35,451 nt of DNA from Catajapyx aquilonaris. Its lineage: Eukaryota. The translations under genes and the position numbers were made by a program. The notes under the pieces were generated by a model. It saw nothing but the letters and a program-made list of their open reading frames with translations. It was not told the origin of the DNA and did no database searches. This document shows positions 25,501-35,451 of the stretch, one piece after another (the first letter of the stretch is position 1; the number at the start of each line of letters is the position of its first letter). The stretch covers positions 1 to 35,451 of the forward strand of contig JYFJ02004030.1 of assembly GCA_000934665.2 (NCBI GenBank), read 5' to 3'.

Positions 25501-27386
25501 CATTTGAGCCAAGGAACTTTTGTGCACCACCTGGATTCAAGGTGAGGCTTTATGTTTTTCTATTTATATTTCTTTTGAACCACCGCACCATTGTAATTTT
25601 GCTTATGGACAAAAGGCAATAATTGTTGACATTTGCAAAATGTGAAGTAGCACCATCATTGCTGCAAATTTTTACTGTATGCTGTTGTTTCTCTCTCTTT
25701 CATGTTAGCCTCCAGTAGCCATGGAAGTCATCCTTCTGGAACTGGGCTTAAATTATACCACACTTCAAGAGTATACTGCTGCAGAACTGGCTGGCTTGAA
25801 CCCTCAGCAGCTACGTTGTGTGATGGATTATGAGGTAGAAAGTATGGCTAAGGATACACCAAGGGCAGTTAAGACCAGCAATGTCAATGGCTTCACTAGA
25901 TACTTCCATCATCATAGTGTCTCGGATAAGAGTGTGGCTGATTGTGTGGAAGCCATGATAGGAGCACATCTCCTTGGATGTGGAGATGATGCTGCCATCC
26001 ACTTTCTGTCCTGGCTTGGCATGAGGGACAGGGGTCTTGAAGGAGAGGAGATCTCATTGCACCACACACTTCCAACAGCTGTTGTCAACTATCACAATAT
26101 GGGAATTGACATGGATGATGAGATTGGAAGTTACATCTTTGGAGTGGATAGGCTTGAGGAAAGAATTGGCTACAAGTTCAACGATGTCAGCTTCTTACTT
26201 CAAGCTTTTACTCACGCATCATTCTTCCAGAACCAGATTACAGACTGCTACCAGCGGCTGGAATTTTTGGGTGATGCTGTTCTAGGTATGTCAACTTATT
26301 AGCTAGTGCAATCATGATGCTTAATTGCAATGCAGTGATTTTGTTACATTTACAGAATAGATCATGACATGAATGACTATCACTGCCAACCTTATTTTCA
26401 TCATAAATGATTACGGTATGTATATCCCCGCAGTGTTGTAATATCCATTCTTTCGGTCTGACACAGATTACTTGATAACTCGTCACATTTACGAGGATGG
26501 CCCCCATCTGACCCCTGGGCAGCTAAGTGACCTTCGTTCTGCCCTGGTGAACAACATTACATTTGCCTCCATAGCTGTGCGAGAGGGACTCCACAAGTAC
26601 TTGCGACACTCTTCCCCTCAACTTCAGGCAGTCATTGACAGATTTGTTCTTCACCAGGAGGAGAATGGGCATGACGCTACAGATCACGTAAGTGCCATTT
26701 ATTTTGATGTTTTTCATGCATGAAGTTGCAAATGAAGATTGAAGCTATTTTTTGTTGTACAATTTATAACAATTTGAAAACCTTTGGTTAGTGATCCATG
26801 TCCTGGACCTGACATATTTTGATATTTATATTACTGCTCCGAATAACACTTGAAAGAAATAACACTTGCATCACTATACCGTGCTATAACGCTTTTTTAA
26901 AAAGTTTGAGCTTCTGGGTGAGGACGAGAACTTGGCTGGTGAGATAGAAGTACCAAAGGTTCTTGGAGACCTTTTTGAGTCATTGGCTGGCGCCATCTTT
27001 CTTGACTGTGGGATGTCCCTCAGCAAGGTGTGGGAAGTCATCAAATCCTTGATGGATAGGGAGATAACAAAGTTCACAAGGGAAGTACCCAAATCACCAT
27101 TCAGAGAACTGCACGAAAGTTATCCTAACAGTGTGTACATAAGGTGAGTACTAATATCCAATAGCTGTGAGTCCATTTCTCTCACCTGCAATGTCAATCG
27201 CCATTATGTCTGTGTGTTTTTAACAGGAGCATTGCTCATGACGAGTTTGAAGAAGAAGGCTTGGATGTGGTCTGCATATGTATTATGAATGGAGGAAAAG
27301 AGAGCTTTTTCTATGGCTTAGGAAGAGGAAAGCAGAGAGCCAAAGCTGCAGCGGCACATTTGGCCCTGAGGACACTCAAAAAATAG
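16579..27386 (+). CDS. Dcr-2: Dicer-2-like endoribonuclease, copy C (complete, 1673 aa)
   Basis: 17 GT-AG coding exons: 16579-16632, 16709-16818, 16948-17128, 17806-18332, 18561-18824, 18926-19064, 19136-19674, 19774-20293, 20363-20579, 20638-20810, 24145-24335, 24455-24819, 24997-25541, 25709-26285, 26467-26687, 26905-27143, 27227-27386. Total 5022 nt = 1673 aa plus TAG. Same domain order and intron positions as copy [59 protein letters not shown], dsRBD. Confidence 0.93.
17473..17540 (+). mobile_element. 68-bp retro-insertion with (TAA)n tail and 12-bp TSD in intron 3 of Dicer copy C
   Basis: ATGTCAGTGATT at 17461-17472 and 17541-17552 flanks a short sequence ending in an A-rich/(TAA)n run. 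Confidence 0.7.
21312..21432 (+). repeat. Inverted repeat, 48-bp arms with 25-nt spacer, in intron 10 of Dicer copy C
   Basis: Arms 21312-21359 and 21385-21432 match at 43/48 positions. Confidence 0.88.
22087..22395 (-). mobile_element. tRNA-derived SINE in intron 10 of Dicer copy C
   Basis: Minus strand shows an A-box-like TGGTAGCGGAGG, B-box GGTTCGAATCC, a central body (GGTTTTCTGTGGTTTCCC..CAGGAAAATTCCGGG..AGGCCACAGCCGTTTCCTTCC) resembling widespread invertebrate SINEs, and a (TTA)n tail. Near-perfect 14-bp TSD TTATGTT(T/A)TGTGTA at 22073-22086 and 22396-22409. Confidence 0.85.
22600..22945. repeat. Diverged ~200-bp tandem duplication in intron 10 of copy C
   Basis: TTCCACTTT..GAACA.CATATGTCAATAT..CTGG.ATTTTTT..CTTGCAGA at ~22649-22730 and ~22846-22927. 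Confidence 0.6.
23441..24011. mobile_element. Non-autonomous DNA transposon (MITE) with CAC...GTG termini and TTA TSD (Chapaev3- or PIF/Harbinger-like; superfamily uncertain)
   Basis: Termini CACTGGGGAACA / TGTTCCCCTGTG; subterminal CCTTGAAGGTTAGACC.ATTT.AGGGTATATCC present in inverted orientation at both ends; TTA at 23438-23440 and 24012-24014; interior similar to 34440-34760. Confidence 0.8.
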
Positions 27387-27396
27387 TTTCTTAAGA

Positions 27397-27474
27397 AACA
27401 ACTACAGTAATACAAACTATCTTTACACAACCCAATTGGGTTGTGTAACGATAGTTAGTATTACTATAGTTGTT
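27397..27474 (+). repeat. 78-nt near-perfect inverted repeat in the 3' UTR of Dicer copy C
   Basis: 39-nt arms AACAACTACAGTAATACAAACTATCTTTACACAACCCAA / TTGGGTTGTGTAACGATAGTTAGTATTACTATAGTTGTT with 3 mismatches and no spacer. Confidence 0.9.
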
Positions 27475-27813
27475 GACCCTTTTTGATGACAGGGACAGCA
27501 GCACTAACCCAAAATGCATATTGATCCTGTGATTGTATGTGAGTAATTGATTACTTTTAAAGTTACAGACTACATTCCTTAGAAGCTGCTGTTGAATCTG
27601 TTAAATTTATGGTGTAATTGTATTTATTACTGACAGTAATATTATCATGGATTTTGTTAAATGTTGTAGTTCTTTTCTATGAATGACTGGTTAATTAGCT
27701 GTTTGTGGCAGTTAGTAAACTTATAACAAGCAAAATATTTAAAGAATTAAAAATTTCATGCTTTGACTCCCAGAATTGGCAGACCCTGCAACAATAATAG
27801 AGTAGGAGGAAAG

Positions 27814-27919
27814 GTACTATATCGCTCAAAAAGATAGAGACGATTGGCATTTGATTCAAGTGCAAGTTGCACTTGAGTCAAATGCAAAATCATCTCTATC
27901 TTTTTGGGTGATATAGTAC
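27814..27919. mobile_element. ~100-bp palindromic foldback element (MITE-like) inserted at a TA/GTAC site
   Basis: GTACTATATCGCTCAAAAAGATAGAGACGATTGGCATTTGATTCAAGTGCAA-G-TTGCACTTGAGTCAAATGCAAAATCATCTCTATCTTTTTGGGTGATATAGTAC; the paralogous site near 34171-34180 has a single GGTACA. Confidence 0.75.
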
Positions 27920-28579
27920 ATGATAAGAGAAATATTGCTCAAAGGATTTATTGGTATGATAGGAGTACTTAGTAACCTACAGATAATCCCACATGACTTT
28001 TCACAGCAGACTTTTTTCATAGAGTCCTATCACTCCTGTGTTTCTTGCTGTACCCATGCTGTTTGTCTTGATTGCCATTTACCAGGCATTATTCTACTTT
28101 AATGGTAGAAAAATTGTTGACACCTGACAGGTGAAACTATCCTGTATGACATGAAAATCTCAAAATAATATGTAATATTCATAAAATAAGTGATATTTAC
28201 TTCCTTCTATTATGGGTACATATATGCAATTCTCTGCCACCCAGAAGTACAGATTCCTGTGATAGATCTCTTACTTGTCATCATTTTCTCTTCACAGAGC
28301 TTTCTGTTGCTGGAATTTCAGGCTCGTCTGTTCATGCTTACCTGATATAATATTTCACCAGAAGTAAAGTAGGCCATAAGATGCATTTAATTACAGGAGA
28401 TGGCAATCATGACAATACCTACAAGGGCTTCGCATTTTAAGGCTAATACTCTGGTTGCAGGGGAAATATTTACGGTAGATGGAAGGATTTTTAATGTGCT
28501 AAGAAGTTACACCATCGCCAAATCTAGCCACGATTCGCATATAAAAGGAATAAATCGATTGGAATCGGTCAGTTCCAGC

Positions 28580-30520
28580 ATGGAAGCGATACTTGTAACA
28601 GTAGTTGCTCTTTGCGCAGTGGCCTTTCTTCCAGCTGCTGCCATTGCATACGTACCATTTTCATCTGTTGGGTCGGAGGAGGAAGAGCTGGTGACCTCCC
28701 TGGTGGAAGATGTCCGTGGTTCGAGACCCGAGTGTCTCCTGGTGCTGTGCGGCGACTGGTTGGTGTTCCCCTCTTCGTTTAACCGGCTGATCAACAATGG
28801 ATCGGAGGAAGTGGCGGTGGTGAGGTGGGACGGGACACCAGTGGACGCCAGTGGACAGTACTGGTTCTCCTGGCTGCACAGACCGGAGGCCAGGAGACTG
28901 GACCCCTGCGCCACCTTCCTCTTCGCCTTCGGGACACTGGACACCTTGTCTCCTCTGGTGGTCCACGCGGCCACTCTTCACCTCATGGACACCGGAAGGG
29001 ACAGGTTCCTCTTCTGGCCCAGGGACGGAGGTCTGGACACAGTCTTGATGCATCCCATCGCCCAACTCATGCTCTTTCAGGTCGGGATCCAGTTCGACCA
29101 GGACTCGAACTCGCTCAAGGTGATGGCGAACTGTCACTATTGCGACAATGGCAGTCCGAAAGTTGTTCAAGTAAGTGAATACAAACGTGGTAGTCGATTA
29201 AAGGAAAGTGATATTTTCCCTGATTATTCCATCAATTTGCATGGAGCTTTCGTAAATGCCACAGGGCCTGTTGACATATCTAAAGGAGATTTAAGGTATT
29301 TTTACGAAAATTCTTTGCCATTCTTTGGGTCGATTTTCTTTGTACTGGATGTCAGTGATGCATTAAATTTTGATTGGACGATGGAAGCCGCAATGTTAGA
29401 TGACGGAGAAATTCCTGACATTCCCTTGCCTGATGGAAATTATACGGGCCAAACTGGCGTAATAATCTTAAGAGAGGCCGAAATGGGTTACACAATAGTA
29501 AACGATGCAATGTGCAGTGTCGTAACACTATTGGACTTCCCTATTTATTACATCCAAATGTCATTCACCACAAGAACAGCGAGACATAGTTATTCCTGGA
29601 ATTCTGTCCTTATGCCCTACACCATTGATATGTGGATTTGTGTGTTTTTCGCTTCCCTGGTGGGCAGTCTGGTTCTTTGTGCACTATTGAAAATAGAGCG
29701 GCAATTCAACAATCCATTTCCAGGCAAAGGCCCTCCCTTCCTCCTCCTTTATTCCTTGCGATACACATTTTCCACACTGATTGAGGAAAATCCCAACACT
29801 GTACCCGAAGGCAATTCTCCCCGAATCTTCATCTCCTTCTGGTGGATTGGTTCATTGGTTTTAATCTGTGGATACGAAGCCAGGTATTTTGGATTCTTGG
29901 CTTCTCCATTGATGGAAAATTTGCCCAAGACGTTTCGAGACCTGAACGACAGACGCGATAACTGGGAATGGGGTACATGGGGCGCAGTTAAAACTTACTA
30001 TGCCAGTGTTTTTTTGAACAGTGATATGGATGACTTTAAACCCATTGCTGACCATGTGATAGATGAGAAGGACTTCAGCACTTGTGTCCGTAAATCAATC
30101 GATGCCAATTACGCGTGCATTACAGCTAGTGACATATTGCTGGCCATAGGTGCTCAATATGTAGACAAGGCTGGAAGAATTCCCATTGTTGTATCAAATG
30201 AAGCAGGCGTTTTAGTGTTTGGATGTATTTTAATGGACAAGCACAGTTTGCTTGTGCCAATAATGAACCGGATGGCACTGTACTACACAGATTCTGGTCT
30301 AATGGCCAAGTATGACAAGTATTTATTCGACACTTGCCTTGTTATTGGAATAAGAGATGCAAGAGCCAAGGATCGATTGTTTGTGACATCGATGGCCCTG
30401 AAATTTGAACAACTAAGGGGAGTTGTCTATTTTCTAATCGTATTCAGCTGGGGCTTTGGCCTGATTGTGCTATTTGCAGAAGTATTGTGTGGAAGCTGTA
30501 TAGTCGATCGAGTTAAGTAA
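28580..30520 (+). CDS. Divergent ionotropic receptor (IR / iGluR-like chemosensory receptor), single exon, ~646 aa
   Basis: Uninterrupted ORF (track 28400-30520). Signal-peptide-like MEAILVTVVALCAVAFLPAAAIA from ATG 28580; S1 motif PDGNYTGQTG..REAEMG; M1 LMPYTIDMWICVFFASLV; pore-lining segment SPRIFISFWWIGSLVLICGYEARY (degenerate SYTANL) followed by P.TFRDL; final TM ALKFEQLRGVVYFLIV..LIVLFAE. The upstream 28400 extension is frameshifted in the paralogous copy near 35262, so 28580 is the likelier start. Confidence 0.88.
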   Translation: MEAILVTVVALCAVAFLPAAAIAYVPFSSVGSEEEELVTSLVEDVRGSRPECLLVLCGDWLVFPSSFNRLINNGSEEVAVVRWDGTPVDASGQYWFSWLHRPEARRLDPCATFLFAFGTLDTLSPLVVHAATLHLMDTGRDRFLFWPRDGGLDTVLMHPIAQLMLFQVGIQFDQDSNSLKVMANCHYCDNGSPKVVQVSEYKRGSRLKESDIFPDYSINLHGAFVNATGPVDISKGDLRYFYENSLPFFGSIFFVLDVSDALNFDWTMEAAMLDDGEIPDIPLPDGNYTGQTGVIILREAEMGYTIVNDAMCSVVTLLDFPIYYIQMSFTTRTARHSYSWNSVLMPYTIDMWICVFFASLVGSLVLCALLKIERQFNNPFPGKGPPFLLLYSLRYTFSTLIEENPNTVPEGNSPRIFISFWWIGSLVLICGYEARYFGFLASPLMENLPKTFRDLNDRRDNWEWGTWGAVKTYYASVFLNSDMDDFKPIADHVIDEKDFSTCVRKSIDANYACITASDILLAIGAQYVDKAGRIPIVVSNEAGVLVFGCILMDKHSLLVPIMNRMALYYTDSGLMAKYDKYLFDTCLVIGIRDARAKDRLFVTSMALKFEQLRGVVYFLIVFSWGFGLIVLFAEVLCGSCIVDRVK

Positions 30521-31381
30521 ACGTGACTATAGTACGTATAAGTAAGGGCTACCATTGATTTCAGTCCAATTACAAATAAATTATGTGATCCTTTTTATTG
30601 TTCCTTCCTCCCTGTAATAAAATGGTTGATTAAATTTTTTATAATATTTGACACCCTTTCTATGAAACCTGAACAATGTCACCTGTTATTTTTGGCCTAG
30701 AATCACATGGCCAAGGACACCAAAGGAATACCCTGCATTTATGTTCATGTCTTGCATTATTGTGACACCTATTAAAAGTGTACAGGAGGTCCTCTTGACC
30801 TACTAGGTGCAACATTTGCTACTGTCTTTTACATTTGACAATTTAAAACAGTCATGCTGGTCTAAATTATTTTGGAATGGCATGTACACACATCATGGCC
30901 ATCTAGACATCAGAGAACGGCTAACAATGCCCCAGCCCATAAATGCAGTCAATTCACTGCTGAATCACATGGTAAGTGCACCACTCACCTCCTGCCATCT
31001 GGATAATTATCTGGTCATATTAAATTTCATTTTAATTAACAATATATGAGATAAAATTATGTGATCAGGGATGATGGTTTTAACAATGGCTCACACAGGA
31101 GTTTCGTTTGGCGGGGGTGTTTGTCAGACGTCAGAACCGTTATATTAGTTCATATAGTTATATTATAATAATATAATAATCGAATGATTCGAATCCACCC
31201 GGCAATGACGTCACATACTGCTACGCGATAATTGGTCCGGACCTTTGCTGCGTTGCCACTTCTATCTGTCACACGCGTACCAACTGAACGTGTTCCAAAT
31301 CCGACACAAATGAAGAGCTACAGGCTCCCCTTTCGGAACTAAACTTTTAAAAATGCCATGACAAATTGAGACCTCGTAATT

Positions 31382-31980
31382 ACAACAACAACAACAACAA
31401 CATCACGACATTTCCCTATGAGGGGTAGTCAGCGATGAAGGGAGACGCAAGCTTACCCAACATATGAACTAATAAAACTCATGAGAATAAACCTAAAAAC
31501 AACCTGTCCCACCCCTGCTCACCTCAGACATCACCTTATCCTTAGACATATAATTTATCTATTTACCCATTAATTAACCTACGCCATTTACACCTATCCA
31601 AACAAGCAACCCTAGCCTCAGCCACGTCCATGGTCCTACTGACACAAGAACGTCTCGGCTTAACACTAGCAACACCCTTAAGACACTGACCCACCTGGTC
31701 CAACCATGTCTTCCTAGGCCTACCCTTGCCCCTCTTACCAACTACTCCACGCAAATAAACCTTCTTCACAATCTCCTCCTCCTTCATCCTCTCCACATGG
31801 CCAAACCACCTTAGAGTAGACCTACACACCTTATCTTTAACAGTCTCCTTAACATTACACCTCTCCAAAATCTCCTCATTCCTAATCCTATCGAACTTGG
31901 TAACCCCACAAACAGCCCGGACATAACGCATCTCTGTAGCCAACACACTACTCTTATGCCTATCTGACCAAACCCACGAC
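31382..31980 (-). mobile_element. 5'-truncated RTE-clade LINE fragment (ORF C-terminus, 3' UTR, (TTG)n tail)
   Basis: ORF 31563-32036 contains EMRYVRAVCGVTKFDRIRNEEI..LRWFGHVERM..GKRGKGRPRKTWLDQV, typical of the post-RT C-terminus of RTE elements; (CAA)n microsatellite at 31383-31400 marks the tail. Confidence 0.88.
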
Positions 31981-33150
31981 CGAATAAAATCGATTTCCAT
32001 CAAAAAAAACAAAAACAAATAAGCACACACCTCCAAATACCATGTTTAAGTTGGCAGTCGTGAAAATTGCGCCAGCGCACAAAAACTTGCAGCCGGTAAT
32101 AGGCCCATATTAAATCGAGTTTAAAACGCAGATTCGAATTGAATGCATAGGATTGAACAGCATTTACTGCTGCATCGGTTGCGCGTATGTTTCCCTGATT
32201 TTAGCCCTTCTTATTAACATTCCAATTCTAGACTCTCATTTGATTAGCAAGTCGCTTCATTTCCGCAGATAGTAGTGTATCCAGTGTGATTTTAGTTTAA
32301 GAGGGCGCATTAGTAAAAAAATACGGTAACAATCGGTAACAATGCGAGCCCTTGGCGACTACGTAAACAAACTCGCGTTTGCATGGACAGTATATGGGGA
32401 TTCGACATGTCCACGCTTCTGCGGCCGTACGGCCGCAAAAATGGAGCAATGGACACAGAAATTACACCAAAAAATAGGACATGATCTGGCGCAGGGCACC
32501 TTCGGCGTCATTTTACAATTTTCGGCCTAGAAGTGACCTTTTCATCGAGTTGAAGTGAAAGGAAAATGGCGTTCCCGAGAAGCCCATTTGAATAACATGG
32601 TGGCAGGAACGCGACAAATTCGGGAACGCTTCGGCGCCCGTATGTCCACAATTTTAATGCAATCATATCGAGTATGGTACCATAGTAAAGGCCAAACCTT
32701 TCCGCAGGGCACCTTCGCTTCGGCGTCATTTTTTCGATTAACCGCGGCAGGAGGAACGGATACCTGGGCCAGCAGGCTCGCACCGCCCGCGCCCGGGTCA
32801 TCCAAACCGACTGTTTATCCTGATTAGGCAATCCCACTTAACTTCTGTTAATAATACTTACGAGTGTCATGTTTGAGCAGCGCCGCTTGAGCATACACGA
32901 GTATAGAGAATGATGTCTGGGCCAGCAGACTAGACCCGCCCGGATTATCGGACCGATTATTATTACCGAAGTGCTTCCTCCTCTCGACTTGTGAGTCGTC
33001 GGAAGCCCGGACTAGGGCAGGGTAGGTTCCGATTACATAACACCTTGTGTACCTACTCTTGTGCCTATTGTGGTCGTTGGGAAGTAGAACCTCTAGCGTC
33101 ACAACACTAAATAAAAGCAAAAAAAAAAAAGAGAGAATACCACGTTTCCT

Positions 33151-33550
33151 AAATTTGCATCTCATTTATCAAAAATCTATACCAGGTTTTTATAGAACCT
33201 GTCTTTCCTTTATGAAGATAATTTAAAAGAATATTGCATATTTAAAATGGCGTTTTCCAGATATTAATTTTTGAAATGTGCATGTTGTTGCAAAAAAAAT
33301 TTACCAACTCACTGTCAATAATAAATTTGTATCTCACTGAATACAAATATATACCGAATTTTGATACAATTTAATAATATAACTCATTCTACTTTGCTAT
33401 AGAAAAATCAAGATTAAATATCTAAAATGGCTTCTTCGAGAACATAGGCTATTTATTTTCAGTGTGCATATTGTAGCACAATGACGAAAGTTGTCACCTT
33501 ACAAAAATTTGTATCTCACTTATGAAAAATATATACCGGGTTTTGACACT
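33151..33550. repeat. Diverged tandem repeat, about 3 units of ~170-180 bp
   Basis: AAATTTG(C/T)ATCTCA..AAAT.TATACC.(A/G).TTTT recurs at ~33151, ~33323 and ~33505. Confidence 0.65.
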
Positions 33551-34079
33551 ACGTGATTTTATAACAAGTCTTTCCTTGTAAAATAAAAAATAAAAATAAA
33601 ACATTAAAAATTGCATTTTTTGCATGCTGTTTTCGCTTGTTGCCACATTTTCACCTCGCATATCTCAACTACACGCGGAGCTAACAAGATTTTATTTCAT
33701 AACCTGTAGGGGTCACCGAGTATATCACAAAATATAATCAGCACAACCATCACGTTTACCATGACGGTGTATTAAATTGCGGAATATGCGCATTTTGACA
33801 AAAATATGCCAGATTTGAGATATTTTTGAAGGTGACTGTACCATTAAATAAGGTAAATCTATGCATTGCACAACAGTGCGTGATTCCAAAAGCATGAGTT
33901 TAAATTTTCACATTGGTTTTCAGAACAGTTCCCGAAATATACTCATTGAAACCAATGGAAAATCTGCATCTTCCCGTGATTGTGATTTTGGTACGTCTTT
34001 AATGAAATATTAATATCTCGATAAATAAATTTATTGCCATAAATATCAATATCAAAATCAAATCAAAATATGTTAAGCA

Positions 34080-35451
34080 TTCATGCTTTGAATCCCAGAA
34101 TAATTGGTAAACCCTGCAACAATAATACCTTTTGCCACAAGTCACTGTCAGTGGGAGAATAGAGTAGGTGGAAAGGTACAGGATAGGAGTAACGTACAGA
34201 TAACAGGCCTGCGAAATAATACTTTATATTTGTTATGCACAATTTTATGTGTTTCTAATGTATTTCGATACGCTGAGTTCAGACATGCCGGGATTTTTCC
34301 TCTATCATGCAGATTTTTCCACAAAGTGAGGATGAAGTTTCAGGAAAATCACACGGAGGTGACAATATTATTCTTGGGCATGTGACTGAGCAAGTGACCA
34401 ATGAAATGCTATAAAAATTTATTTTTGCATTTTAGAGGAAAACTAATTCCAGCGATGCATTCTACTGGTGTTTCTATTCCTTTTGATATATATGTTCATT
34501 GGGTTCTGATCACTTCCACTAACCGGGAAAAAAAATCTCCCCAAAAGGCCTAATTTTCAGCCATTTCCATATTTTTGCGTTTTTTTTCCATTGTCATGGT
34601 ATTGCGCAACACGGCGTAAATTTTATAAGCAGAATTACGGAATTGTTGAGTACATCTGCGATTATTTTGAACAAGATCCGAGACGGTCTAGCAACATTTA
34701 GGCCCACTTGATTCGGAAAGACCCCTTAGTTAATCGTTCAACGTTTTAAAACGATATATCTCAAAAACTGTGGGTGATAGAAGGTTTTACGTATTTGTCC
34801 CTAAATCAGCATTAAAAATATATAAGGAACACCTCTCACTTTGAAGAAAAGATTTCATCGCACGCCTGTGTAATCCAACATGACTTTTCCCATCGGACTT
34901 TTTTCACAGAGTCCTGTGTTTCTTGCTGTTTGTTCTTGATTGTCATTTACCAGGCATTATTCTACTTTAATGGTAGAAAAATGGTTGGAACATGACAGGC
35001 GAAACTATCCTGTATGACATGAAAATCAGAAAAAAGATGTAATGTTCATAAAATAAGCGTATTTACCTCCTTCTATTATGGGGACATAGATGCAATTCTG
35101 TGCCAACCAGAAGTACAAATTCATGTAATAAATCTCTCACTTGTCATCAATTACTCTTCACGGAGCTTTCTGCTGCTGGAATTTCATGGTTGTTCATTGC
35201 TTACCTCATATAATATTTCACCAGCAGTAAAGTAGGCCATAAGATGCATTTAATTACAGGAGATGGCGATCGTGACCATATACCTACAAGTGCTTCGCAT
35301 TTTAAGGCATTTTAACTCAAGTTGGAGGGGAAATATTTACAGTAGATGGAAGGTTTAATTTTTTAATATACTAAGAAGTTATACCATCGCCAAATCTAAC
35401 CACGATTCGCATATAAAAGAAATAAATCGATTGGAATAGTTCAGTTCCAGC
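34080..35451 (+). repeat. Duplicated upstream region of the IR gene (paralogue of ~27755-28579), ending just before the expected ATG of a second IR copy
   Basis: Colinear similarity, e.g. TTCATGCTTTGA.TCCCAGAAT (27755/34080), ATTTACCAGGCATTATTCTACTTTAATGGTAGAAAA, AGTAAAGTAGGCCATAAGATGCATTTAATTACAGGAGATGGC. The window ends with TCAGTTCCAGC, which directly precedes ATG 28580 in the first copy. Confidence 0.9.
34204..34870. mobile_element. Related non-autonomous DNA transposon with TAA TSD inserted in the duplicated IR upstream region
   Basis: Imperfect TIRs CAGGCCTGCGAAAT / ATTTCATCGCACGCCTGTG; TAA at 34201-34203 and 34871-34873; the paralogous empty site TACAGATAATCCCACATG is at ~27978-27995; interior homologous to ~23560-23895. 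Confidence 0.8.

Noticed and set aside
5972..27386. Dicer-1 or Drosha assignment
   Set aside because: Drosha lacks helicase and canonical PAZ domains. The intact ATPase motifs, ~1670 aa length and short RNase IIIa insert fit Dcr-2 better than arthropod Dcr-1, though phylogeny is still needed.
28400..28579. 60-aa N-terminal extension of the IR ORF from ATG 28400
   Set aside because: It precedes the signal-peptide-like segment and is frameshifted with a stop in the paralogous region near 35262-35360; probably non-coding.
28507..29178. Overlapping antisense and alternate-frame ORFs of 65-169 aa
   Set aside because: Shadow ORFs caused by the GC-rich IR tract; no recognisable motifs.

Overview
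AT-rich, intron-containing eukaryotic DNA, most likely from an arthropod (Dicer-2-type genes, an ionotropic receptor, an RTE LINE and a tRNA-SINE). The main feature is a tandem cluster of three Dicer (Dcr-2-like) paralogues with the same exon-intron structure. Copy A is on the minus strand (371-3992, first 10 visible exons) and runs off the left edge. Copy B is on the minus strand (5972-~12973, ~1660 aa) and copy C on the plus strand (16579-27386, 17 coding exons, 1673 aa); both are complete and B and C are head-to-head. All hand-spliced exons stay in frame, and the helicase ([12 protein letters not shown]) and RNase IIIa/b acidic motifs are intact where visible. The closest pair of copies changes along the gene (A~C, then A~B, then B~C), pointing to ectopic gene conversion. 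Copy C has a 78-nt near-perfect hairpin 10 nt after its stop codon and a 48-bp-stem hairpin in intron 10. Downstream are an intronless divergent ionotropic receptor (28580-30520) and the duplicated upstream region of a second copy cut by the right edge. Several small TSD-flanked retro-insertions and MITEs are scattered through the window. All exon and repeat coordinates were derived by eye; no database searches were run.
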